A stretch of 64,000 nucleotides of DNA from an uncultured Candidatus Saccharibacteria bacterium (GTDB lineage: Bacteria; Patescibacteriota; Minisyncoccia; Phycocordibacterales; PALSA-1337). The stretch is taken from assembly GCA_964561875.1 (NCBI GenBank), contig CAZLQL010000002.1, positions 23,613-87,612 of the forward strand, read 5' to 3'. The translations under genes and the position numbers were made by a program. Below the pieces are notes generated by a model. That model was not told where the DNA came from. It searched no databases and was given only the letters and a program-made list of their open reading frames with translations. Shown here piece after piece: positions 46,026 to 56,501 of this stretch (its first letter is position 1; the number at the start of each line of letters is the position of its first letter).

Positions 46026-47846
46026 TTGATATATAATATATGTATGTATCAAAATAAAATTAATCTCGAATCTTTTTTTATTACTAAATATATCCTTGTC
46101 ATTTTTTTATTAATCCTATCTATATTTACCTTTGCAAACGCTCAAACAAATAATATTGGTGCTATGCAGTTGAGTCTTGTATCAAACCACGAGGATTCTA
46201 GTGTTCAAATAAAGATAGATATGACTAAACTTAATTATAAAGACTATTTAAGTCTAGGTGTTTATTGTGTTAAAGAAAATGGAAAAACTGATTTTGCTGT
46301 AAAGAATATATCTCCAGTTTGTGGAAATGTTTTAAATAATATTGAAAATAAGATATATACAACAACAGTCTCAAATCTAAATCCAAGTAGTGAATATGAA
46401 TTTTGTCTAAATGGTACAAGTTCAAAATACACATCAACAGGGAATTTTGAATGTGCAAAGATAAATACACAGTCAAAAAAGTCTTCAGTTGCAATGATAT
46501 ATATAAATTATGATGTTTCTCAAAATACTAGGAATTTGATTAAAAGATATGAAGATAGTATTCGTCTTTCAAATCCAGACGTAAGTATTGTCGAATATTC
46601 ACCACAACAAACCGTATCTAGCAGTGAGCTTTTGGAAAAATTGCGTAATACATACAAGAGTTCAAATTTAAAGTATTTATTAATGATAGGATTTGATCTA
46701 CCCGTACCTATGACTCAGGAGTCTGTATATTTTGCTGATCCTTACAGACATTTGTCTATTGATGAAGTAAATATGAAAAGAGATTTTCTGTATACATTAA
46801 ACAGTGAAATATCTATATCTGTTATAAAGGCTGAAGATGAAAAAGAAATGCAGGATTATTTCAATCGTCTTCACAGATTTTATACAGGTGAATTGAAGTT
46901 TGATAAAAAATTGTTTATTGCTGATGCAATGATACCAAGCGAATCATCGATAAACCTTTCAGATGTTCCAGCTCGATACAATCTAACCTCAACTGATTAT
47001 ATAAACGGTATAACTTCTTATTATGATTCAAAGGATATTGATATAACAAAATGGCAAAATGATTACCAAAATTTACTGTCAAAAAGTCATGAAATAACAA
47101 TAATAAACGCTCATGGTGCAACAAATTTTCATATGCCATGTAGGATGAATGCTTCAAATAATGAACAAGGATGTATCTCAAGTAGTTTTATAAAAAATAC
47201 AAAACCAAATTCTCAATTTATAATAGGTGTTTCATGTAATATAGGTAACTTCATGACCAAAGGTTCACCTATGAATGCTTATATATTTTCTGGAAATGCT
47301 TTGGCTGGATTGGGTGCTGAAGTGCCACTATGGGATCAGAATAGTTATTTAGCAAAGAATCTTTTAAAATCTTTGTCTGAAGGTGTGCGAATAGGGGATT
47401 TGTCTTTAAAAAATGGTTTGGTAGTTATAGGCGATCCATTTTTAAAGATTGGTCTTGTACAAAATTATAAATCAAAAATAGAGATTGAAGGAATAAAAAG
47501 CATGTATCCAGTTTCTGGTGCACCAGGCACAAAGGTGACTTTGACTATTTCAAACCCAGATAATATACCTATCGGTGTCGGCGATTTTAATTTTGGGTCA
47601 TATGGTTTAGTTAATTTCTCAAATTCAAACAATACAATTACTTTTAATGTTCCTAAAGATGCAAAATCTGGATATTATGATGTCGTTTGGTTCAGTTCAA
47701 AAGATTCATATAGTGTTAAATTTAATGTTGTTTCAAGTAATTCTCCTGTATCGATAAACACTTCAGATAAAGAAATGTATAAATTTGATTTCGGTAGTTT
47801 ATTATCAAATATTTCTATAGGATTCGGTAATTTGTTTAATAAGTAG
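46026..47846 (+). CDS. secreted clan-CD (C25/gingipain-like) cysteine peptidase candidate with a C-terminal Ig-like domain
   Basis: Signal peptide. His/Cys dyad context INAHGAT and GVSCNIGNF. A GDPFL motif. The C-terminal domain is paralogous to ORF 3094-4509. Confidence 0.45.
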   Translation: MIYNICMYQNKINLESFFITKYILVIFLLILSIFTFANAQTNNIGAMQLSLVSNHEDSSVQIKIDMTKLNYKDYLSLGVYCVKENGKTDFAVKNISPVCGNVLNNIENKIYTTTVSNLNPSSEYEFCLNGTSSKYTSTGNFECAKINTQSKKSSVAMIYINYDVSQNTRNLIKRYEDSIRLSNPDVSIVEYSPQQTVSSSELLEKLRNTYKSSNLKYLLMIGFDLPVPMTQESVYFADPYRHLSIDEVNMKRDFLYTLNSEISISVIKAEDEKEMQDYFNRLHRFYTGELKFDKKLFIADAMIPSESSINLSDVPARYNLTSTDYINGITSYYDSKDIDITKWQNDYQNLLSKSHEITIINAHGATNFHMPCRMNASNNEQGCISSSFIKNTKPNSQFIIGVSCNIGNFMTKGSPMNAYIFSGNALAGLGAEVPLWDQNSYLAKNLLKSLSEGVRIGDLSLKNGLVVIGDPFLKIGLVQNYKSKIEIEGIKSMYPVSGAPGTKVTLTISNPDNIPIGVGDFNFGSYGLVNFSNSNNTITFNVPKDAKSGYYDVVWFSSKDSYSVKFNVVSSNSPVSINTSDKEMYKFDFGSLLSNISIGFGNLFNK

Positions 47847-47875
47847 AATTAGGTTAAATAAAGTAAATAAGGATT

Positions 47876-48529
47876 CTACCTCGCCAAAGATAAAACATCT
47901 ACATTTTTGTATCCAGATTTTATGAAAACCTCATAAGCCTGTTTTGCTGTACTTCCTGTAGTCACCACATCATCTATTATGACTATTGTTTTATCTTTTA
48001 TTTCATTATCTATTTCAATAGAGAATATGCCTTTCGATTCTTGTATTCTTTCATTTCGATTTTTTAAGGTTTGCCTATCTTTATGGATTAATCTCTTTAA
48101 GATGTTGTAATTTTTACTAAATATTTTTTCTTTATCTATTTTTATTATTTGATCTATTAGTATTTCACACTGGTTGTATCCACGTTCTTTACGTCTCTTT
48201 TTTGATATTGGAATAGGGATCAGGATCGCGCCTGATTTATAGGTTTTTAATAAATACTCATATAAATAATATGAAGCAATCTCTACAGCTTTCTTATTCT
48301 TTTTATACTTTATTTGCCAGACAAGTTCTGTGATTATGGGGTGTTTGTATGAATATAAGCTATGTATAAAATCAAAAGGAGGTGTATTGGCAGGTTTTGT
48401 TTCTTTGTAAAAATCAATAATATCAATATTTCTGATCTTTAATTCCATTTCATTTGGTGGAAATATGAAATCGAGTAAAATCTGACATACTTTAAACAAT
48501 CTTGTATGTGTTTTTGATATAAATGTCAT
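47876..48529 (-). CDS. comFC: ComF-family phosphoribosyltransferase-domain protein
   Basis: C-terminal PRTase motif VIIDDVVTTGST. Confidence 0.75.
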   Translation of the reverse strand: MTFISKTHTRLFKVCQILLDFIFPPNEMELKIRNIDIIDFYKETKPANTPPFDFIHSLYSYKHPIITELVWQIKYKKNKKAVEIASYYLYEYLLKTYKSGAILIPIPISKKRRKERGYNQCEILIDQIIKIDKEKIFSKNYNILKRLIHKDRQTLKNRNERIQESKGIFSIEIDNEIKDKTIVIIDDVVTTGSTAKQAYEVFIKSGYKNVDVLSLAR

Positions 48530-48544
48530 GATATAATATTTGTT

Positions 48545-49672
48545 ATGAGTTTTCTTAGTAATATTTTATCTGCTTTCTCAAAGAAGGAACAAAGTGTCTT
48601 GGGTATTGATATTGGTTCTTCTGCTATAAAGGTTGTACAAATAAAAAAGAAGAGAGGAAGAGCTGTTCTTGAGACATATGGAGAATTGGCTCTGGGTCCT
48701 TATGCTGGTGTTGAGGTGGGTAGAGCAACTAGCTTGAGTAATGAAAAGATTATAGAGGCTTTAAAAGATATTTTAAGAGAAGCAAAGACAACTACTTTAA
48801 ATGCGGGTGTTGCATTACCACTCTCTTCTAGTTTGATTTCATTTATAAATCTTCCGAGTGTACCTGGTAAACAAATGGCAGAAGTTGTGGCTCTTGAGGC
48901 TAGAAAATATATACCTGTTCCAATGAATGAAGTAATGCTCGACTGGTCACCAGTTCCAAAAGAAGATGTGGTGCCAAGTAGTGATGAACAAATAAAAGAT
49001 GATTCAAAAAACTCTGTTAAACAGCAAACACAAGATGTATTGATAGTGGCAATTCATAATGAATATTTATCAAACTATCAAAGCATAACTCAAGGCGCAT
49101 CCATTGTACCATCATTTTATGAAATAGAATTGTTCAGTTCAATTCGTGCAGTTGTCGAACAAGGTATACAGACAGTAATGATACTTGATATGGGTGCAAG
49201 ACTTACAAAACTATATATTGTTGAGAGAGGTGTTCTAAGAGCTTCGCATATCATAAATAAAGGATCTCAAGATATAACTTTGGCTTTATCTCAAGCATTG
49301 AGTATAAGTGTAAATGAGGCTGAAAATCTAAAAAGAGTGCATGGTTTAAAGGGTGGTCCTGAACAAAAGGAATTAACAGAAATAATAACTGTAAATCTAG
49401 ACTATATATTTTATGAAGCAAATACTACCTTGTTAAATTATCAAAGAAAATATTCAAAAAATATTTCAAAAGTTATTCTTACAGGGGGAGGGGTCTTGCT
49501 TAAGGGATTTATAGATCTAGCAAAGATCAGTTTTCAGAGCGATATCGTATATGCAGATCCATTCGGTAGGTTGGAGTCACCTGCATTTCTTGAACAAGAG
49601 TTTAAAGAGGCTGGACCTGAATTTTCAGTTGCTATAGGTATAGCACTAAGGAAACTTTCTGAAAACGGATAA
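48545..49672 (+). CDS. pilM: type IV pilus assembly ATPase-like protein PilM
   Basis: Actin-like fold with N-terminal VLGIDIGSSAIKVV. Confidence 0.85.
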   Translation: MSFLSNILSAFSKKEQSVLGIDIGSSAIKVVQIKKKRGRAVLETYGELALGPYAGVEVGRATSLSNEKIIEALKDILREAKTTTLNAGVALPLSSSLISFINLPSVPGKQMAEVVALEARKYIPVPMNEVMLDWSPVPKEDVVPSSDEQIKDDSKNSVKQQTQDVLIVAIHNEYLSNYQSITQGASIVPSFYEIELFSSIRAVVEQGIQTVMILDMGARLTKLYIVERGVLRASHIINKGSQDITLALSQALSISVNEAENLKRVHGLKGGPEQKELTEIITVNLDYIFYEANTTLLNYQRKYSKNISKVILTGGGVLLKGFIDLAKISFQSDIVYADPFGRLESPAFLEQEFKEAGPEFSVAIGIALRKLSENG

Positions 49673-49742
49673 AGATATACACAGTTTCATTAAACGCAAG
49701 TATTTTTGTGTAGTATAATATTGATAATAGCTGTTTTTAAAT

Positions 49743-50444
49743 ATGGAGACAAAATTTCAAACTTCATTTATTCCCAAAAAGCCCTTAACTACAGATGGTA
49801 GTAGTAAGGTTATTCCTAGTCACTCATCTGGTGGTACTAGTATATTTATGATAATTGGGGTGTTGGTATTTATAGCTTCTGTTGCAGGTGCAGTATTTTC
49901 TGTTGTATGGAAGGGTGTTCTAATAAATTCACAAAAACAATACAAGATTTCACTAGCTAGAAATAAAGAAAGTTTCAATATTTCACTAATAGAAGATCTA
50001 AAGAAGGCAAGTGCAAAACTAGATTTAACTAGAAACCTGGTAAAGTCACACGCTTCAGTTTCTGAAGTGTTCAATATAATAGGTGCTTTAACTATCGAAG
50101 GTGTGAGATTTGATAATCTTTCATACGATGGCCCAACTGGTAATGGAGAAAGTGGAACTTTGGCAAAAGTTAGTCTAAAGGGAGTTGCAAAGGGATACAG
50201 TAGTATAGCTTTTCAATCAGATGTATTTGGTAAATCAAGTCAACTCGGTACAAATAAGGTTATAAAAAATCCTTTATTATCTGATATGTCTCTAGATCAA
50301 AATGGAAATGTTGCATTCAATTTTTCTGCAAACATTGATCCGCAACTATTTACCTATGAAAAGGTTCATGGTGATCAGTTTAAGTCAGAAAGTGTAGAAC
50401 AGGATAATTCAGCAAATGCTTCTGATGCATTAAATAATAATTAA
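49743..50444 (+). CDS. pilN: PilN-like pilus assembly protein
   Basis: Single TM followed by a coiled-coil/periplasmic region; position after pilM. Confidence 0.55.
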   Translation: METKFQTSFIPKKPLTTDGSSKVIPSHSSGGTSIFMIIGVLVFIASVAGAVFSVVWKGVLINSQKQYKISLARNKESFNISLIEDLKKASAKLDLTRNLVKSHASVSEVFNIIGALTIEGVRFDNLSYDGPTGNGESGTLAKVSLKGVAKGYSSIAFQSDVFGKSSQLGTNKVIKNPLLSDMSLDQNGNVAFNFSANIDPQLFTYEKVHGDQFKSESVEQDNSANASDALNNN

Positions 50445-50448
50445 TAGT

Positions 50449-51015
50449 ATGAATAAAAATATAACAGCTGTAATACTAATAATTTTGGCAGGAGGTATAT
50501 ATTTTACCTTCACAAGTAGTAAACTTGCTGAGCTTAAGACTATTCAAGCTGTAAATGATCAATATCAAGAAGCAATAAAGAATTCTGAAAATCTAATAAA
50601 AGTGAGAGATGAAGTAAATGCAAAGTACAGCTCGATTTCTATTGAAGATAGAGAAAGATTAAATAAATTATTACCAAACACAGTAGACAATGTGAGATTG
50701 ATAATTGATGTAAAGGATAATATTGCATCAAAGCATGGCCTATTTCTTAAGGGTATAAAGACTACATCACCAGAAGCTACTATGGCTTTAAATGCGCCTG
50801 CAAATAGAGGTGGTAGTCCAAGTACACCATCAAGCTATGGTACAGTAACTCTATCTTTTGATGTTACAACTACTTATGAAACATTCCTATCATTTTTAAA
50901 TGACCTTGAATCTAGTCTTAGAATAATGGATGTTTCTAAATTATCTGTAAAATCAAATCCAAATGGACAGTATGATTTTTCAGTAGAAATAAAAACATAT
51001 TGGTTAAAAGAATAA
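50449..51015 (+). CDS. pilO: PilO-like pilus assembly protein
   Basis: N-terminal TM plus coiled coil; gene order. Confidence 0.5.
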   Translation: MNKNITAVILIILAGGIYFTFTSSKLAELKTIQAVNDQYQEAIKNSENLIKVRDEVNAKYSSISIEDRERLNKLLPNTVDNVRLIIDVKDNIASKHGLFLKGIKTTSPEATMALNAPANRGGSPSTPSSYGTVTLSFDVTTTYETFLSFLNDLESSLRIMDVSKLSVKSNPNGQYDFSVEIKTYWLKE

Positions 51016-51016
51016 T

Positions 51017-51376
51017 ATGAATAATTCATCATCAAAAAATGGAATAATAGTTCTCGTAGTGGCAATAGTGTTTATTGGTGGTATTTACTTTTACATGAAC
51101 GGAAACCCAAGTGGTGATTCAATAAACTCTCTTTCAGCTTCTAGTTTAGATGCTGATGCGGCAAAAGAAGGGGCAGAAATATTGACACTTCTATCACAGA
51201 TAAAGTCATTGAGAATCGATACTTCTATATTTAGTGACCCAGTATATAAAACTCTTATAGATTATACTGTAGAAGTACCCCCACAAAATATCGGTAAAAA
51301 GAATCCTTTTGCAAACTTTGTTGGTACAACTGTAGTTGAGACTAAAACGACTGTTAACCCTAGAACAGGGAGATAA
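51017..51376 (+). CDS. small TM protein, PilP-like by position
   Basis: 119 aa with an N-terminal TM; gene order only. Confidence 0.3.
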   Translation: MNNSSSKNGIIVLVVAIVFIGGIYFYMNGNPSGDSINSLSASSLDADAAKEGAEILTLLSQIKSLRIDTSIFSDPVYKTLIDYTVEVPPQNIGKKNPFANFVGTTVVETKTTVNPRTGR

Positions 51377-51388
51377 AATACTAAAATT

Positions 51389-53104
51389 ATGAGTATTATA
51401 GACATACTCCTTTCAAAAAATTTGATATCAAAAGGTGATATCAAAGAAATAAAAGATAGAACAGGTAAGGGAGAAATCCTGGATCAAGTTCTTATTGAAC
51501 GTGGAATAAAACCAGAAGAAATAGTAAAAGCTAGAGGTGAATTTTTAAATATTCCAGTAAAGTCTTTGGGCGATACTACAGTACCTTTTGAAGCTTTGGA
51601 TTATATACCAGAAGAATCTGCTGCACATTACAAATTTGTTCCTATTGGTATAAAAGATGGAACACTTGAAGTTGGAATAGTGGATCCAGACAATATTGAA
51701 GCTCGAGATGCGCTAAATTTTATCGTCGCAAAGAAAAATATTCCTTACAAGATATACATAATCAGTGTTGATGATTTTAATAAAGTAATCGAATCATATA
51801 AAGGAATTTCTGGTGAAGTATCAAAGGCACTTTCTGAACTAGAAACTGTTCTATCTGTAGATAAAGAGGGTACAGTAGATAAAAAAGATGCAAAAACAGA
51901 TCCAAAATCTGAAGCTTTTATAATTGAAGATGCGCCTGTTGTAAAGATTGTGGCAACAATAGTTAGGTATGCAACAGAGGGAAATGCATCTGACGTCCAC
52001 ATAGAACGTATGTACGATAAGGTTAGAGTACGTTTCCGTGTTGATGGAGTTTTGAATACTAGTCTAGTTTTACCATCGCAAGTTCATGAAGCAGTAGTAG
52101 CAAGAATAAAAGTGCTTTCAAATATGAAGCTCGATGAAAAGAGAAAACCTCAAGATGGTCGTTTTTCTGCTCGTATAGACGGAAGAAAGATAGATTTTCG
52201 TGTATCTACTTTCCCTGCGTATTATGGAGAAAAGGTTGTGATGCGTATTCTGGATCAAGAAAAAGGTGTAAAAAAACTAGATGATATGTATATAACCAAA
52301 AAGAATTTGGATTATATAAAAGAAGCGATACAGAGACCTTACGGACTTATACTTATAACTGGACCTACTGGATCAGGAAAATCTACAACCCTTTATTCTA
52401 TGTTAAATGAAGTAGATAAAGAGAGTACAAACGTACTTTCTCTAGAAGATCCTGTTGAATACAACATGGAAGGGGTAAGTCAGTCTCAAGTTAGACCTGA
52501 GATCGGTTATACATTTGCATCAGGATTGCGTACCACTCTAAGACAAGACCCAGATGTGATCATGGTGGGAGAGATCAGAGATAGAGAAACGGCTCAACTT
52601 GCGGTGCAAGCTGCTCTTACAGGTCACCTTGTGTTTTCAACACTTCACACCAATAATGCTGCAGGTGTTATACCGCGTCTTATAGATATGGGTGTAGATC
52701 CTTATCTTATTGCACCTACTCTTATTATGGCCATTGCGCAGAGACTTGTTGGTTTGCTTTGTCCTGGAGCGGGTAAACTCGTACCAGTAGAGGGAAGTTT
52801 GAAAAAGATAATTGATAAACAATTCGAAGATTTGCCAGAAGAATATAGAAAAGATATTCCATTTTCAAATGAAGTTTATGAAATAGCCCCAACACCAGAA
52901 TGTCCTAGAGGTACAAAAGGTCGTACCTCGGTTCTAGAAGTATTTAAAATGGATAAAGATATTGAAAATGTAATCCTTAAGAGTCCGACAGAATTGGAAA
53001 TATCAAAAATACTTAGAAAGAAGGGAATGTTGACTATGAAAGAAGATGCGATGATAAAAGCTTTCCAGAAAATTATCCCCTTTGAGGAAGTAAATAAACT
53101 CTAG
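51389..53104 (+). CDS. pilB: type IV pilus assembly ATPase PilB (GspE family)
   Basis: Walker A GPTGSGKST, Asp box, His box and C-terminal CxxC tetracysteine-like region. Confidence 0.9.
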   Translation: MSIIDILLSKNLISKGDIKEIKDRTGKGEILDQVLIERGIKPEEIVKARGEFLNIPVKSLGDTTVPFEALDYIPEESAAHYKFVPIGIKDGTLEVGIVDPDNIEARDALNFIVAKKNIPYKIYIISVDDFNKVIESYKGISGEVSKALSELETVLSVDKEGTVDKKDAKTDPKSEAFIIEDAPVVKIVATIVRYATEGNASDVHIERMYDKVRVRFRVDGVLNTSLVLPSQVHEAVVARIKVLSNMKLDEKRKPQDGRFSARIDGRKIDFRVSTFPAYYGEKVVMRILDQEKGVKKLDDMYITKKNLDYIKEAIQRPYGLILITGPTGSGKSTTLYSMLNEVDKESTNVLSLEDPVEYNMEGVSQSQVRPEIGYTFASGLRTTLRQDPDVIMVGEIRDRETAQLAVQAALTGHLVFSTLHTNNAAGVIPRLIDMGVDPYLIAPTLIMAIAQRLVGLLCPGAGKLVPVEGSLKKIIDKQFEDLPEEYRKDIPFSNEVYEIAPTPECPRGTKGRTSVLEVFKMDKDIENVILKSPTELEISKILRKKGMLTMKEDAMIKAFQKIIPFEEVNKL

Positions 53105-53121
53105 TATAATATCTACATATT

Positions 53122-53520
53122 ATGGAAACTCCTGAAAATAAAAAAAGCATATTACTTATAGATGATGATAAATTTCTTATTGAAATGTATGCTCTTAAGT
53201 TTAAAAATAGTGGTTTCGAAGTAAATTCTGCTTTGGGTCCTGAAGAAGCATTAAAAATTATAAGAGGAGGTTTGGAACCTAGTATTATTTTAATGGACTT
53301 AGTTATGCCTGGTATGGATGGGTTGGAACTTCTTTCTGTAATAAGAAAAGAAGAGTTGGTAAAAAAGACTGTGATAATAATGCTTACAAATCAAGGTGTT
53401 CCAGATGATATAGCAAAAGCAAAGAAGTTAAATGTAGATGGATATATCATAAAAGCTACATCTATTCCTTCAGAGGTACTATCAGAAGTTATAAGAATAT
53501 ATGAGTCTTCAAAGAAATAA
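53122..53520 (+). CDS. CheY-like response regulator receiver protein (PilH-like)
   Basis: DDD...DLVMPGMDG...K receiver motifs. Confidence 0.8.
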   Translation: METPENKKSILLIDDDKFLIEMYALKFKNSGFEVNSALGPEEALKIIRGGLEPSIILMDLVMPGMDGLELLSVIRKEELVKKTVIIMLTNQGVPDDIAKAKKLNVDGYIIKATSIPSEVLSEVIRIYESSKK

Positions 53521-53534
53521 AATAAATAAAAATT

Positions 53535-54593
53535 ATGGAATATAAAAAAGAGATTGAAGAATTGGTACAAACTGTAGTTCATGAAGGGGCTTCTGATCTA
53601 CACCTTTCTGAAGGAAGAAATCCTTCTATTAGAGTTTCTGGAAACCTTATTCCTCTCATAAAGAAGCCGGTATTAACCCCTGCAGACATGAAGGGTATAT
53701 CAAATGAATTTCTTAGTGAGAGAAATAGACAGATTTTAGAAAAGGAAAGAAGCGCTGATTTTTCTTACAGTCTCACAAATGTGCGCTTCAGAGGTAATGT
53801 GTATTATAGACAGGGACAACTGTGTATTGCTCTACGTTTAATCCCAAAAAGTATAAGGACATTATCAGAATTGCATTTACCACCAGTACTTGAATCTTTT
53901 ACTAGAAAACCACAAGGATTCTTCCTATGTGTAGGACCTATAGGTCAAGGAAAAACAACTACTCTAGCTTCACTTATTGAAATAATAAATCAAACAAGAA
54001 GTGAGCATATACTTACAATCGAAGATCCTATCGAGTATCTTTATGATTCAAAGAAATCAATAATAGATCAAAGAGAGATAGGTACTGATGCTCCGGATTT
54101 TCACTCTGCTCTTACAGCAATGTTTAGAGAGGATATAGATGTTTGTCTTGTGGGAGAAATGAGAGATATTCAGACTATATCTACTGCAGTTACAGCAGCT
54201 GAGACAGGACACCTTATTTTTTCAACACTCCATACAAACAATGCTGCTCAAACTATAAATCGTATAATAGACTCATTCCCACCATCACAACAAGATCAGA
54301 TTCGTATACAGCTTGCAGGAAGTTTGACTGGTATCTTTTCTCAAAGATTGATACCTAGAGTTTCCGGAGGTTTGGTGCCCGCATATGAACTTCTTATAAA
54401 CAACAGTGCTGTTGCAAACCTAATAAGGGAAAAAAGAATACATGAGATAAATACGGTTATAGAAACAGGTTTAAATGAAGGAATGGTAGATATGAATCGT
54501 TCTTTGGCTGAACTAGTAAGAACAGGGGAAATAACAGTAGATAATGCATTCTTAAATTCATTTAATCCAAAAACATTGGAAAGAATGATATAA
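53535..54593 (+). CDS. pilT: twitching-motility retraction ATPase PilT
   Basis: Walker A GPIGQGKTTT; ~350 aa PilT-size. Confidence 0.9.
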   Translation: MEYKKEIEELVQTVVHEGASDLHLSEGRNPSIRVSGNLIPLIKKPVLTPADMKGISNEFLSERNRQILEKERSADFSYSLTNVRFRGNVYYRQGQLCIALRLIPKSIRTLSELHLPPVLESFTRKPQGFFLCVGPIGQGKTTTLASLIEIINQTRSEHILTIEDPIEYLYDSKKSIIDQREIGTDAPDFHSALTAMFREDIDVCLVGEMRDIQTISTAVTAAETGHLIFSTLHTNNAAQTINRIIDSFPPSQQDQIRIQLAGSLTGIFSQRLIPRVSGGLVPAYELLINNSAVANLIREKRIHEINTVIETGLNEGMVDMNRSLAELVRTGEITVDNAFLNSFNPKTLERMI

Positions 54594-54597
54594 AATC

Positions 54598-55806
54598 ATG
54601 TTATTTATATATAAAGCTATAGACAATACAGGTGTAGAGAAGTCAGGATCAATAGATGCTGTAAATGTTGATATTGCAATATCATCACTACAAAGAAGAG
54701 GTCTTGTTATAACTTCAATACATGAAAGTGGTGAAGGTAATGGATTATTTTCAAAAAATATATCTTTTTTTGATAGAGTTTCAAATAAAGATGTAGTGAT
54801 CTTATCGAGACAGTTAGCAACATTGTTTGATGCTCAAGTATCTGCTTTGAGAATATTTAGATTGCTATCATCAGAAGCAGAAAATAAATTTTTAGGTAAA
54901 TCGCTTGCTACCATATCAGATGACTTACAGGCAGGTAGCTCAGTATCAGCTGCTTTGAGTAAACACCCAAAGATATTTACAGAATTTTATACTAGCATGG
55001 TAAAAGCTGGAGAAGAGTCAGGTAAGTTGAATGATACATTTAACTATCTAGCTGATTATTTAGATAGAACATATGCTCTAGTTTCAAAAGCAAAAGGGGC
55101 TCTTATATACCCAGCTTTCGTTATTGGAACATTCATAACAGTTATGATACTTATGTTCACTACAGTTATCCCAAAGATAAGTGCAATCCTAGTAGATTCA
55201 GGACAGGAAATTCCAATATATACAAAAATAGTTTTAGGTATAAGTAATTTCTTTGTTTCTTATGGATTTATAATGCTTGGAGTAGCTATTGTAGGCGGAT
55301 TCCTACTTATTAGATACATTAGGACAAAAGATGGAAGAGTAGTTTTTGATAGATTTAAACTCTCAATACCATTTGTGAGCACATTATTTAAGAAATTGTA
55401 TCTTTCTAGATTGTCAGATAATATGAATACTATGCTTATGGCAGGTATACCTATGATCAGATCACTAGAACTAACATCTTCGGTTATAAATAACGTAATA
55501 TACAAGGCTATAATATCTGATGCAGTAGAAGGAGTAAAAGCTGGTAAACCAATATCAGAATCACTATCAAACAATACTCAAATACCAGGAATTATGATTC
55601 AGATGATGAAGGTTGGAGAAGAAACTGGAGAATTGGGTAATATATTGAAAACCCTAGCAACTTTCTATTCAAGAGAAGTAACAACTGCAGTAGATGCTCT
55701 AGTGAGTCTTATAGAACCGCTTATGATAGTTCTTCTCGGAGGAGGTGTGGCAGTACTACTAGCATCGGTGCTTATACCTATATACAATATTGCTTCTTCT
55801 CAATAG
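54598..55806 (+). CDS. pilC: type IV pilus platform protein PilC (GspF family)
   Basis: Two GspF repeats; 402 aa. Confidence 0.9.
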   Translation: MLFIYKAIDNTGVEKSGSIDAVNVDIAISSLQRRGLVITSIHESGEGNGLFSKNISFFDRVSNKDVVILSRQLATLFDAQVSALRIFRLLSSEAENKFLGKSLATISDDLQAGSSVSAALSKHPKIFTEFYTSMVKAGEESGKLNDTFNYLADYLDRTYALVSKAKGALIYPAFVIGTFITVMILMFTTVIPKISAILVDSGQEIPIYTKIVLGISNFFVSYGFIMLGVAIVGGFLLIRYIRTKDGRVVFDRFKLSIPFVSTLFKKLYLSRLSDNMNTMLMAGIPMIRSLELTSSVINNVIYKAIISDAVEGVKAGKPISESLSNNTQIPGIMIQMMKVGEETGELGNILKTLATFYSREVTTAVDALVSLIEPLMIVLLGGGVAVLLASVLIPIYNIASSQ

Positions 55807-55914
55807 GTAGGTTTTACACCAGTTATCCACATTATTAAATATGCTAACCATGGTATTTTGTTATAATAGTCCACATAAGAGTATTAAAGGTTAAATTAAT
55901 AGTAATTAAATAAA

Positions 55915-56439
55915 ATGAAAAAATATTTAAATAGAGGATTTACATTGATCGAATTGCTAGTTGTGATAGCAATCATCGGTATATTGTCATCAGTTGTTCT
56001 TGCATCACTAAACACAGCAAGAGGAAAGGGATCTGATACAGCAGTAAAGGCAAACCTTGCAAATGTAAGAGCGCAAGCAGAAATAGTTTATGATGGACAG
56101 GGATGTTATTCAAGTGATCCTTCTACAGCGTGTGCAGCAGGAGCTGTTAGTGCCGCAGTTGCATGTCCAGCTGTCGGAGCAGGTACAGCAGGAACACTAT
56201 TTAGAAATGATACAGTAGCAAATCAGATTGCTTCAGCAAAAGCAGCTGCTGGAGGATTTACAGCTTGTGCTTCTACAGCAAACCAAGCTGCTTGGGCAAT
56301 TGCTGTTCAGTTGAAACAAGATCTTAAGACTGCATGGTGTGTAGATAGTACAGGTGTTTCAAAGCAAATAGGAGACGCTTCAGCATATACACAGGCAACA
56401 TTGAGTGCAGATGTATCTGGAGGAGTTTGTGGTTCATAA
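55915..56439 (+). CDS. pilA: type IV major pilin
   Basis: Prepilin leader and N-terminal helix MKKYLNRGFTLIELLVVIAIIGIL; Cys pairs near the C-terminus. Confidence 0.8.
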   Translation: MKKYLNRGFTLIELLVVIAIIGILSSVVLASLNTARGKGSDTAVKANLANVRAQAEIVYDGQGCYSSDPSTACAAGAVSAAVACPAVGAGTAGTLFRNDTVANQIASAKAAAGGFTACASTANQAAWAIAVQLKQDLKTAWCVDSTGVSKQIGDASAYTQATLSADVSGGVCGS

Positions 56440-56458
56440 TTGATTTAGGATAGTTAAA

Positions 56459-56491
56459 ACAAAAAAACCACCCTTATGGTGGTTTTTTTTG
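56459..56491. terminator. strong bidirectional rho-independent terminator
   Basis: aaaaaaaccacccttatggtggtttttttt. Confidence 0.8.
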
Positions 56492-56501
56492 TTTGTTATA
56501 C

